Source: an uncultured Alcanivorax sp. (lineage in GTDB: Bacteria; Pseudomonadota; Gammaproteobacteria; Pseudomonadales; Alcanivoracaceae). Taken from it: a DNA stretch of 64,000 bases. The notes beneath the pieces were generated by a model that was given only the letters and a program-made list of their open reading frames with translations, had not been told where the DNA came from and searched no databases. Made by a program: the position numbers and the translations under genes. The DNA lies in assembly GCA_964391345.1 (NCBI GenBank), contig CAYMKZ010000002.1, positions 69 to 64,068 on the forward strand, read 5' to 3'. Each line of letters opens with the position of its first letter. The stretch's first letter is position 1. This document shows positions 52,395 to 61,138 of this stretch, piece after piece.

Positions 52395-54059
52395 ATGTCG
52401 GGTTCCACTTCCGGATTGGCACGTTTTGGCGCACTACTGGCGGTTTGGGTTTTGACCGTAATCGCCGTGATCTCCTTGTTCTTTTACTCGGGACGGATCT
52501 GGTTGTGGGTGGTGACGGTACTGCTGGTGTTGCTGGCGGCGCGCGGACTCTACGACTTGCTGCAAACCCGCCACACGCTGCTGCGCAATTATCCGCTGCT
52601 GGGCCACATTCGCTGGGCCTTCGAGTTTCTACGGCCTTTCCTGCGCCAGTACATCGTCGAAAGCGACCTGGAACAGAACCCGTACAGCCGCGAGATGCGC
52701 TCGCTGATCTATCAGCGCGCCAAGGACGTGATGGACGCCAAACCTTTCGGTACCGATCTGGACGTCTACGACAACGAATACCAGTTGCTCACCCATTCCA
52801 TGGCGGCGCATGAAAAACCGAATCCGAATTTCCGCGTCACCATCGGCAATGAGCAGTGCTCCAAACCCTACCAGGCCTCGGTGCTCAATGTGTCGGCGAT
52901 GAGTTTCGGCGCGCTCAGTGCACCGGCCATCGAGGCGCTCAACCTTGGCGCGCGCAACGGCGGCTTCTACCACGATACCGGAGAGGGCGGCATCAGCCCG
53001 TACCACCGCAAGCACGGTGGTGATCTGGTCTGGGAAATCGGCAGTGGCTATTTCGGCTGCCGCGACCAGGATGGCCGCTTCGACCGCGAACTGTTCAAGG
53101 AGCAGGCTACCCGCGATCAGGTGAAGATGATCGAGATCAAGCTGAGCCAGGGCGCCAAACCAGGCCACGGCGGCGTGCTGCCGGCGGCCAAGGTGACCCG
53201 GGAAATCGCCGCCACACGCAAGATCCCGCTGGCCCAGGATTGCGTCTCACCTTCCTACCATACGGCTTTCTCTTCGCCACGGGGCATGATCGAGTGGGCC
53301 GATTCGCTACGCCGTGATTCCGGCGGCAAACCGGTGGGCATCAAATTGTGCGTGGGCCATCCCTGGGAGGTATTCGCGGTTTGCAAGGCGATGCTGGAAA
53401 CCGGCATCTATCTGGATTTCATTGTCGTCGATGGCGCCGAAGGAGGCACCGGCGCGGCACCGGAGGAATTCTCCAATCACATCGGCGTGCCGTTGCGTGA
53501 AGGGTTGCTGCTGGTGCGCAATGCCCTGGTGGGCACCGGCCTGCGCAAGCACGTGCGGCTGGGCGCCAGCGGCAAGGTGTACAGCGCCTACACCATGGCG
53601 ATGAACATGGCGATCGGCGCGGACTGGTGCAACGCGGCGCGCGCTTTCATGCTCACGCTGGGCTGTCTGCAAACCAAGAAATGCCATACCGATCGCTGCC
53701 CGACCGGTGTCGCCACCCAGAATCCCAATCGTCAGCGTGGCCTGGTGGTGGCGGACAAGGCCCCCAGAGTGGCCAACTTTCACCGCAACACACTGGACCA
53801 TCTGGCGGAAGTGATCGCCGCGGCGGGGCTCGATCATCCCGGGGAACTGCGTCCGCACCATCTGATGCACCGCCCGGAAAGCACGCAACTGATATCGCTC
53901 GACAAGATCTATCCTTTCCTGGAAGAGAACAGTTTGCTCGACGATCCGGACGCCACCCCCTACGCCAGCTGGTGGCACGCGGCGGACGCGGACAGCTTCC
54001 TGCCCAAAGAGGTGATACAACCGGGGCCGCACAATGGCGAGGCGGCCCTTTCGCATTGA
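52395..54059 (+). CDS. FMN-binding glutamate synthase family protein with N-terminal TM helices
   Basis: SAMSFGALS, TGEGG, EIKLSQGAKPGHGG, DGAEGGTGAAP, CLQTKKCHTDRCPTG; AAGGAGG RBS. Confidence 0.9.
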   Translation: MSGSTSGLARFGALLAVWVLTVIAVISLFFYSGRIWLWVVTVLLVLLAARGLYDLLQTRHTLLRNYPLLGHIRWAFEFLRPFLRQYIVESDLEQNPYSREMRSLIYQRAKDVMDAKPFGTDLDVYDNEYQLLTHSMAAHEKPNPNFRVTIGNEQCSKPYQASVLNVSAMSFGALSAPAIEALNLGARNGGFYHDTGEGGISPYHRKHGGDLVWEIGSGYFGCRDQDGRFDRELFKEQATRDQVKMIEIKLSQGAKPGHGGVLPAAKVTREIAATRKIPLAQDCVSPSYHTAFSSPRGMIEWADSLRRDSGGKPVGIKLCVGHPWEVFAVCKAMLETGIYLDFIVVDGAEGGTGAAPEEFSNHIGVPLREGLLLVRNALVGTGLRKHVRLGASGKVYSAYTMAMNMAIGADWCNAARAFMLTLGCLQTKKCHTDRCPTGVATQNPNRQRGLVVADKAPRVANFHRNTLDHLAEVIAAAGLDHPGELRPHHLMHRPESTQLISLDKIYPFLEENSLLDDPDATPYASWWHAADADSFLPKEVIQPGPHNGEAALSH

Positions 54060-54065
54060 CCGTCG

Positions 54066-55535
54066 CTACGGGCCGGGTGGCGGGCTGTCTTCCTGCCGTT
54101 CGTGAAATTCGGCCACCAGTTCCCGGGCCTCGGCGCGGGATTCCGCTGCTGGAGGGGAGCCTTCCAGCGGTAGCCGGGCGCTCTCGCTGACCTTGCAAAT
54201 GGCGATGAAGCCGACCACCGAAGCCAGCATCAGATAAAACGCCGGCATGTAATGGTTGCCGGTCTTGTCCACCAGCCAGGTGGCCAGCAGTGGGGCGGTA
54301 CCGCCAAACAGCGACGTCGATACGTTGTAGGCGATGGCCATGCCGCCGTAGCGGATGGCGGTGGGGAACAGCGCCGGCAGAGTCGATGCGACGATGCTCA
54401 GCAGGCACACCAGCAGGATGCCCAGCACCAGCATGCCGAGGAACACGTTCAGCAGGCTGCCGCTGCCGATCAGCATGAAGCAGGGCACCGACAGAAAGAA
54501 GAAGCCGATGCAGCTTGCCATCCACACCGGGCGCCGGCCGATGCGATCCGACACCAGCCCCATCAGCGGGGTGATGCACATCATGCAGATCATCGCCACC
54601 ACTACCACCAGCAGACCGGAGGTGGAGCTGTAGCCCAGCGTCGCGGTGAGATAGGTGGGCATGTAGGAAAGCAGCATGTAGTCGGCGATGTTGAGCATGA
54701 ACACCAGCCCCAGACACAGCAGCATGGCGCTCAGGTTGCGGGCAATGATGTCGCCGAACTGTTCGCGGATACTGGTTTCCTGCTCGCCGTCGTTTTCTTC
54801 CAGTTGTTTCTGGAAAGCCGGCGTCTCTTCCAGCTTCAAGCGCAGATACAAGCCGATGAAACCCAGCGGCCCGGCGATCAGGAAGGGAATGCGCCAGCCC
54901 CATTCCAGCATGCCGGCGTCTCCGATCGCCCAGGTGAGGCCGTTGACCAGCCCGGCGCCCAGCGTGAAGCCGCCCAGGGTGCCCACTTCCAGCCAACTGC
55001 CGAGGAAGCCGCGACGGCGATCCGGGGCGTATTCGGCGATGAAGGTGGCGGCGCCGCCGTATTCCCCGCCGGTGGAGAAGCCCTGCACCAGACGCGCCAC
55101 CAGCAGCAGTATCGGCGCCCAGATACCGATGCTGCTGTGGCTGGGTATCAGCCCGATGGCGAAGGTACCCAGCGCCATCATGATCATGGTGGCGGCCAGC
55201 ACCTTCTGGCGACCCACGCGGTCACCGAGCGGGCCGAAGAACACGCCGCCCAGGGGGCGCACCAGAAAGGCGACGGCGAAGGCGCCGAAACTGTACAGCA
55301 ACTGCACGCTGGTACTTTGCGAGGGGAAGAAAACCTGGCCGAGGGTGGCGGCCAGGTAGCCGTAGACGCCGAAGTCGAACCACTCCATGGCGTTGCCCAG
55401 CGCGGCGGCCCCCACGGCCCGTTTCAGTAAGTTGTTGTCGACGATGGTGACGTCATCAACGGTGAGACGATGACGTTTCAGCGACCGGGTCAGCCGTGAA
55501 GAAGCGTGGCGCCCGGCGTGCGAAGAAGAATCCAT
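54066..55535 (-). CDS. MFS metabolite:H+ symporter, ProP-like proline/glycine betaine transporter
   Basis: GNAMEWFDFGVY, GDRVGRQK, GFSTGGEYGGA, WGWRIPF, RYGGMAIAYN. Confidence 0.88.
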   Translation of the reverse strand: MDSSSHAGRHASSRLTRSLKRHRLTVDDVTIVDNNLLKRAVGAAALGNAMEWFDFGVYGYLAATLGQVFFPSQSTSVQLLYSFGAFAVAFLVRPLGGVFFGPLGDRVGRQKVLAATMIMMALGTFAIGLIPSHSSIGIWAPILLLVARLVQGFSTGGEYGGAATFIAEYAPDRRRGFLGSWLEVGTLGGFTLGAGLVNGLTWAIGDAGMLEWGWRIPFLIAGPLGFIGLYLRLKLEETPAFQKQLEENDGEQETSIREQFGDIIARNLSAMLLCLGLVFMLNIADYMLLSYMPTYLTATLGYSSTSGLLVVVVAMICMMCITPLMGLVSDRIGRRPVWMASCIGFFFLSVPCFMLIGSGSLLNVFLGMLVLGILLVCLLSIVASTLPALFPTAIRYGGMAIAYNVSTSLFGGTAPLLATWLVDKTGNHYMPAFYLMLASVVGFIAICKVSESARLPLEGSPPAAESRAEARELVAEFHERQEDSPPPGP

Positions 55536-55684
55536 GCGGTGGTCCCGTCCAGCCCGAAAAACCGTCCCGCGATGCCGAAAGCGTCCCCGGGACTCAGGCA
55601 GGGATACCTGTTATGGGATGATATGGCAAGTTCGCGGCCGTTTTGGTGGCGTCCGATTTTGCTTCGTCAGCGGCGAAAAACGGC

Positions 55685-56506
55685 TCAATCGACCAGCGAC
55701 AGATGGCGCGGCGGCTCCACGGAAAGGGCGGCGGCGTTGCCTTTCCAGGGTGTCGCATTGAAGCCCTTGGGGATGGACGGCAGCAAGTAGGGAATCTTGA
55801 TGATGTCGAAATAGGGGGACTGGTCGAAATCCGCCGCATGGAACACCCGTGGCTGCAGGCGCAACAGACGGGTGCCGGCGCTGGATTCCTTGACCAGCGG
55901 GTGCACCGGATACTGGATGAAGGCGAAGGCCTCGCCAATCACCGAGCCGGTAATCACGCACAGCAGATCGTTGGCCCAGCGATTGAACAGGCGCCCGCGA
56001 CGCCGGCCCAGCAATCGCCAGGGCACCAGCCACAGCAGCAGCAGCGCGCTCCACGAGCAGCGGGTGCCGGCGCTCAGGCGGCTGATGGCGAAACGCAGGG
56101 CGTCCTGGCGTTCCTGTTCGGAAAGGTTCTGGGCGCGGCATACGCGCAGAGACAGGCCGTCCAACTGGGTCAGATGCCGCACCCGCAGCCCGCGCTCCAG
56201 ACAGGCGTCCAGCACCAGTTGCGTGTCCGGCTCGCAGGGCAGGTAATCCGCCAGCAGGCTGCGCAATGCCGGGTCCGCCACATTGTGGGGGCGCCCGATA
56301 TACAGGGCGACACGGGAAAAGCGACTGCCGGTCAGTCCTCTCAGCCGGCGGTCCAGGGCGCTATCACCACTCACCAGGAGCACGTCACCCGGTTGCAGCC
56401 GAGAACGCTGGGTGGCCGGATCGCCCAGCGGCCACTCGCTTTTCTCCGGGCCGCGTTGCAGCCGTTCACAGAGTCGCTGGTAGAGTCGCTGAGAGTGCAT
56501 TGCCAT
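55685..56506 (-). CDS. Permuted papain-like (YiiX/YaeF-type NlpC/P60) family protein, apparently lacking catalytic residues
   Basis: LQPGDVLLVSG...FSRVALYIG N-terminal block; IGEAF...YP and DFDQSPYFDIIK C-terminal blocks; alignment to the family is from memory. Confidence 0.6.
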   Translation of the reverse strand: MAMHSQRLYQRLCERLQRGPEKSEWPLGDPATQRSRLQPGDVLLVSGDSALDRRLRGLTGSRFSRVALYIGRPHNVADPALRSLLADYLPCEPDTQLVLDACLERGLRVRHLTQLDGLSLRVCRAQNLSEQERQDALRFAISRLSAGTRCSWSALLLLWLVPWRLLGRRRGRLFNRWANDLLCVITGSVIGEAFAFIQYPVHPLVKESSAGTRLLRLQPRVFHAADFDQSPYFDIIKIPYLLPSIPKGFNATPWKGNAAALSVEPPRHLSLVD

Positions 56507-56776
56507 ATCGTCACGCAGTTGTCCCGATCATGCTGTTATCGGGACGCTAAAATTAGCATTCTGGTCGGCACCAATTTTACAGTACTATCGGCGTCCGGTC
56601 GATGACCAGGTAGTCGGTATGGTTCCGCCCTGGTCCGACTATCATCCTGTTTCGGGTCTGATACTATTTGGTTACCTCCCTGAAAGATGGCGGCGAGATG
56701 GTAGACTGGGCAGTCATCGGTGTGCCGGAGGGTGAATGCCGAAGGGTGAAGTGTGCCCGTGGATGAGGAGAGCACG

Positions 56777-57409
56777 ATGGGAGATTTGGAAAAAGCCACC
56801 CGCAAGGCGCAGGAATTCCGCCAGCGGGAGCAGCAGATTCTCGATGCTGCCTTGCAGTTGTTTCTGGACCTGGGGGAAGACCGGGTAACGGTGGAAATGA
56901 TCGCCGACCGCGTGGGAATCGGCAAAGGCACCATCTACAAGCACTTCGAGACCAAGAACGAGATCTACCTGCTGCTGATGCTGCGTTATGAAGAGGATCT
57001 TGGAGAATTGTTCGCCAGCATTTCCGAGCATGACGACAAGGAGCGGCTGGCACGCGAGTACTTCCGCTTCCGCATCAGCGATCCGGCCCGCTATCAGTTG
57101 TTTGACCGCCTTGAAAACAAGGTCATCAAGGATCATGTCGTCCCTGAGCTGGTGGAGCAGTTGCATCAGATTCGGGCGGCCAACTTCGATCGCCTCAACA
57201 GCATCGTGCAGGCGCGCGTCGATGAGGGCTCCCTGGAGCCGGTGCCGTCGATCTACCATATCTGCTCCGCCTGGGCGCTGGCCCACGGGGCGGTGGCGCT
57301 GATGCAGTCGCCGTTCTATCAGCGGCTGATCGACGACAAGGAGGATTTCCTCGATTTCCTCGTCGAGATCGGCATCCGCATGGGCAATCGCGGGCAGCGC
57401 GGCCGGTAA
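56777..57409 (+). CDS. TetR/AcrR-family transcriptional regulator
   Basis: ILDAALQLF...TVEMIADRVGIGKGTIYKHF helix-turn-helix; GAGGAG RBS. Confidence 0.93.
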   Translation: MGDLEKATRKAQEFRQREQQILDAALQLFLDLGEDRVTVEMIADRVGIGKGTIYKHFETKNEIYLLLMLRYEEDLGELFASISEHDDKERLAREYFRFRISDPARYQLFDRLENKVIKDHVVPELVEQLHQIRAANFDRLNSIVQARVDEGSLEPVPSIYHICSAWALAHGAVALMQSPFYQRLIDDKEDFLDFLVEIGIRMGNRGQRGR

Positions 57410-57474
57410 CCGTATCAACAGGTGGTGCATCAACAGACGAGAGCGCACCAACGTGGACCAGGACGGGGTGACAA

Positions 57475-58026
57475 ATGACTTCCAGGACCGAAGAACTGCT
57501 GGCGTTGCTGGAGAAGGCGGAACAGGACCAGCAGGGCCTGCCGCCGGTGCACCGGTGGCATCCTGAGCGTCACGCTGATATCGACATGCGCATTGCCCGC
57601 GACGGCACCTGGTTCTATCTGGGCTCGCCGATCGAGCGCCAGCGCATGGTGCGGTTGTTTTCCACCATCCTGTTACGTGAGGGCGATGATTATTTCCTGA
57701 TCACGCCGGTGGAGAAGCTGCGTATTCAGGTGGAGGATGCGCCTTTCGTGGCCATCGGTGTTGAACGGGTGGATGACAAGCTGGTGTTTCTGACCAATGT
57801 GGACAGCCATGTGGTGGCGGGTGCCGAGCATCCGGTGCATGTGGTGACGGATGCGCGCAGTGGTGAGCCGAGCCCTTATGTGTTGGTGCGTGACAATCTG
57901 CATGCACTGATTTCGCGCAGTGTTTTTTATCAGTTGGTGGATTGGGGGCGTCAGGAGGAGGACGACGCCGGGAGCCGGTTGGTGATCCACAGTGCGGGGG
58001 AGACTTTCGAGTTGGGGCGTCTCTGA
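57475..58026 (+). CDS. DUF1285-family protein
   Basis: PPVHRWHP, DMRIARDGTWFYLGSPI, LITPVEK, VEDAPF, PYVLVR. Confidence 0.88.
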   Translation: MTSRTEELLALLEKAEQDQQGLPPVHRWHPERHADIDMRIARDGTWFYLGSPIERQRMVRLFSTILLREGDDYFLITPVEKLRIQVEDAPFVAIGVERVDDKLVFLTNVDSHVVAGAEHPVHVVTDARSGEPSPYVLVRDNLHALISRSVFYQLVDWGRQEEDDAGSRLVIHSAGETFELGRL

Positions 58027-58031
58027 TTCAA

Positions 58032-58056
58032 GTGCTTGGTGCTTGGTGCTTGGTGC
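58032..58056 (+). repeat. Heptamer tandem repeat (GTGCTTG)x3.5
   Basis: GTGCTTG GTGCTTG GTGCTTG GTGC; an inverted partial copy GCACCAAGC lies at 58416-58424. Confidence 0.85.
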
Positions 58057-58065
58057 ACGGAAACC

Positions 58066-58177
58066 GTGCGTTCCCCGGACAGGGCTTTCCAGGACACGCC
58101 GTGAACCCGTCCCTGGGGGCTCGTTTCAGACATCCTTGTCTTCAACGGTCCTGGAAAGCCCTGTCCGGGGAACGCAC
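58066..58177 (+). repeat. 112-bp hairpin element, copy A
   Basis: Perfect 30-bp inverted arms (58066-58095 / 58148-58177) around a 52-nt loop. Confidence 0.92.
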
Positions 58178-58294
58178 TCCCTTTGGTGCGTACTTCACTT
58201 CCTTCCGCTTCGAGTCTCTGTGCGGCTCCGCTTCGAGCGGGATTCAATGTTTTACCATCCGGTCGGTAAAAACAGCAAATACGCACTGAAGTGA

Positions 58295-58406
58295 GTGTGT
58301 CCCCAAGCCAGGGCCTGCCGGGACCGTTGAAGACAGGGATGTCTGAAACGAGCCCCCAGGGATGGGTTCACGGCGTGTCCCGGCAGGCCCTGGCTTGGGG
58401 ACGCAC
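58295..58406 (-). repeat. 112-bp hairpin element, copy B, inverted relative to A
   Basis: 30-bp arms (58295-58324 / 58377-58406) with one G.T mismatch; loop is the reverse complement of loop A with 2 substitutions. Confidence 0.92.
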
Positions 58407-58442
58407 GGTTCGAGAGCACCAAGCCTCAAAGCCGGGCACAAC

Positions 58443-58457
58443 GCCCGGCAACAGGGC
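58443..58457. promoter_or_regulatory. Possible enhancer-binding protein (NtrC-type) site
   Basis: GCCC-N7-GGGC palindrome about 65 nt upstream of the -24 element; weak match to the NtrC consensus. Confidence 0.25.
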
Positions 58458-58520
58458 AGCAATGCGCCAGGTTGCTCAAACAAGTCATAAGAAACCCCAT
58501 AAAAAGCCCAGTCGAAAAAA

Positions 58521-58536
58521 TGGCACGGCTCTTGCT
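58521..58536 (+). promoter_or_regulatory. Sigma54 (-24/-12) promoter of the nirB operon
   Basis: TGGCACGGCTCTTGCT matches TGGCACG-N4-TTGCW exactly; 40 nt upstream of the nirB ATG. Confidence 0.82.
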
Positions 58537-58575
58537 TTACAAGCGATAACCCATCGCCAAAGGAGCAAGGCCAAG

Positions 58576-61122
58576 ATGATCCGTTGCAAACAGAAGCTGC
58601 TGTTGATCGGCCACGGCATGGTAGGGCAGCGTTTTCTGGAAGCCCTGGTTGCCCGTGGCGGGCTGGAGGCTTTCGAGGTCACGGTGCTGTGCGGCGAGCC
58701 GCGCCCGGCCTATGACCGGGTCGGCCTGACCCGCTATTTCAAGGAGCGGGATGCGGCGGCGTTGTCGCTGTTGCCGGAAGGTTTTCTGGCCGAGCACGGC
58801 ATCAAGCTGGAGTTGAATACCCGCGCCATCGCCATCGATCGTGCCGCCAAAACCGTTACCGCGGTAACTGCCGGAGAAAGCCGCAGTTACGCCTACCATA
58901 AGCTGGTGCTGGCCACCGGCTCCTTTCCCTTCGTGCCGCCGATTCCCGGCCATGATCGCCCCGGCTGTTTCGTCTACCGCACCATTGAGGATCTGGATGC
59001 CATCATCGGCGCCGCTGAAAAGGCCCGTGTAGGCGCGGTGGTGGGCGGCGGGCTGCTGGGGCTGGAAGCGGCCAAGGCGCTGCACGATCTCGAACTGGAA
59101 ACCCATGTGGTGGAGTTCGCGCCGCGCCTGATGGCGGCGCAGGTGGACGAGGCCGGCGGGGCGTTGCTGGGTGACAAGATCCGTGAACTGGGGGTTGGCG
59201 TGCATACGGGCACCGGCACGCGGGCCATCGTCGATGGAGCGCAACACGCGCACCGCATGGTATTTGCCGATGACGCCTTTCTGGAAACCGATCTGATCGT
59301 GTTTTCCGCCGGCATTCGCCCCGAGGATGCCCTGGCGCGTGAATGCGGTCTGGCCGTGGGTGAGCGTGGTGGAGTAGTGGTGGACGATCACTGCCGCACC
59401 GGGGATGACGACATTTATGCCATCGGCGAGGTGGCGTTGTGGTGCGGGCGGCTGTTCGGGCTGGTGGCGCCGGGTTATCAGATGGCAGAGGCGGCGGCCG
59501 GACATCTGTGCGGTGACGATGGCGCGGCGTTCCAGGGCGCGGACATGAGCACCAAACTGAAATTGATGGGCGTGGATGTGGCGTCCATCGGTGATGCCCA
59601 CGCCGTCACCGCCGGAGCGCGCAGCACGGTGTTCATGGACCAGCGCGCGGGCGTCTACAAGAAGGCGGTGGTCAGCGAGAGCGGCGACAAGCTGCTGGGT
59701 GCGGTGCTGGTGGGCGACACCGCCGATTACGGCACGCTGTTGCAGTTGTGTCTGAACAGCATGAAGTTGCCCGGCGACGCTGCGGCCCTGGTGGCGCCGG
59801 CGGCTTCCGGGGCGCCGCTGCTGGGCGCCGATGCGCTGCCGGCAAGTGCACAGATCTGTTCCTGCAACAACGTTTCCAAGGGCGACCTGTGCAGCGCCAT
59901 AGAGCAGGGCTGCCACAGCATTGCCGACCTCAAGGCACGGACCCGGGCCGGGACCACCTGTGGCGGCTGCGCGGCGCTGGTCAAGCAGGTACTGGACAGC
60001 GAGCTGGAAAAACGCGGGCTGGAGGTGAGCAACCATCTTTGCGAGCACTTCGCCCATTCCCGTCAGGAGCTGTATCACCTGGTGCGGGTGAAGCGCCTCA
60101 GGAGCTTTGCTGATCTGCTGGCGCGGCACGGTGAAGGTCACGGCTGTGATATCTGCAAGCCGGCGGTGGCGTCGATCCTGGCGTCCTGCTGGAACGATCA
60201 CGTACTGGAGCCGGAGCTGGCCGGTTTGCAGGATACCAACGACTACTTCATGGCCAACATGCAGCGCGATGGCAGCTATTCGGTGGTGCCGCGTGTGCCC
60301 GGTGGCGAGATCACGCCGGACAAGCTGATCGTGCTCGGTGAGGTGGCGAAGAAGTACGACCTCTATACCAAGATCACCGGTGGCCAGCGCGTTGACCTGT
60401 TCGGCGCCCGTGTCGATCAGTTGCCGGCTATCTGGCGCGAGCTGGTGGACGCCGGTTTCGAGTCCGGCCATGCCTATGGCAAGTCCATGCGCACGGTGAA
60501 ATCCTGCGTCGGCTCCACCTGGTGCCGCTATGGCGTGCAGGATTCGGTGGCCATGGCAATCCTTCTGGAGAACCGCTATCGCGGCCTGCGCAGCCCGCAC
60601 AAGATCAAGCTCGGCGTCAGCGGCTGCACCCGCGAATGTGCGGAGGCGCAGGGCAAGGATGTCGGCGTGATCGCCACCGAGAAGGGCTGGAACCTTTATG
60701 TGTGCGGCAATGGCGGCATGCGCCCGCGCCACGCGGAACTGCTGGCCGCCGATCTGGACGATCAGCAACTGATCCGCACCATCGACCGTTTTCTGATGTT
60801 CTACATTCGCACCGCCGACCGGCTGCAACGCACCAGCGTGTGGCGGGAGAGCCTGCAAGGCGGCCTCGATTACCTGCGCGAGGTGATCCTCGACGACAGT
60901 CTTGGCCTGGCGGCGGAGCTGGACAGCCAGATGGCGCACATCGTCGATACCTACCAGTGCGAATGGAAAGCCACGCTGGACGACCCGGAGAAACTCAAAC
61001 GCTTCCGGCATTTCGTCAACGATCCGTCGCCGGACGACAGCCTCGCCTATGTGCGCGAGCGCGGCCAGCGCCGTCCGGCTTACCCGCACGAACGCATCCG
61101 GCTTGTGGAATCAGTTCAGTAA
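58576..61122 (+). CDS. nirB: NAD(P)H-dependent nitrite reductase, large subunit
   Basis: GHGMVG, GGGLLGLEAA, CSCNNV..AGTTCGGC, CEHF..CDIC, CVGSTWCRYG, GCTRECAE; AGGAG RBS; about 848 aa. Confidence 0.95.
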   Translation: MIRCKQKLLLIGHGMVGQRFLEALVARGGLEAFEVTVLCGEPRPAYDRVGLTRYFKERDAAALSLLPEGFLAEHGIKLELNTRAIAIDRAAKTVTAVTAGESRSYAYHKLVLATGSFPFVPPIPGHDRPGCFVYRTIEDLDAIIGAAEKARVGAVVGGGLLGLEAAKALHDLELETHVVEFAPRLMAAQVDEAGGALLGDKIRELGVGVHTGTGTRAIVDGAQHAHRMVFADDAFLETDLIVFSAGIRPEDALARECGLAVGERGGVVVDDHCRTGDDDIYAIGEVALWCGRLFGLVAPGYQMAEAAAGHLCGDDGAAFQGADMSTKLKLMGVDVASIGDAHAVTAGARSTVFMDQRAGVYKKAVVSESGDKLLGAVLVGDTADYGTLLQLCLNSMKLPGDAAALVAPAASGAPLLGADALPASAQICSCNNVSKGDLCSAIEQGCHSIADLKARTRAGTTCGGCAALVKQVLDSELEKRGLEVSNHLCEHFAHSRQELYHLVRVKRLRSFADLLARHGEGHGCDICKPAVASILASCWNDHVLEPELAGLQDTNDYFMANMQRDGSYSVVPRVPGGEITPDKLIVLGEVAKKYDLYTKITGGQRVDLFGARVDQLPAIWRELVDAGFESGHAYGKSMRTVKSCVGSTWCRYGVQDSVAMAILLENRYRGLRSPHKIKLGVSGCTRECAEAQGKDVGVIATEKGWNLYVCGNGGMRPRHAELLAADLDDQQLIRTIDRFLMFYIRTADRLQRTSVWRESLQGGLDYLREVILDDSLGLAAELDSQMAHIVDTYQCEWKATLDDPEKLKRFRHFVNDPSPDDSLAYVRERGQRRPAYPHERIRLVESVQ

Positions 61123-61138
61123 CTCACGGAGAAATGGC

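Noticed and set aside
58066-58406. Possible CRISPR array, tRNA or complete IS element
   Set aside because: Only two inverted units; no cloverleaf or T-loop; no transposase ORF and no clear target-site duplication.
58291-58575. 95-codon N-terminal extension of nirB in the ORF track
   Set aside because: Runs through the repeat element and the sigma54 promoter; the ATG at 58576 has an AGGAG RBS and gives a normal NirB length.
58537-61089. 850-aa minus-strand ORF
   Set aside because: Antisense shadow of nirB.
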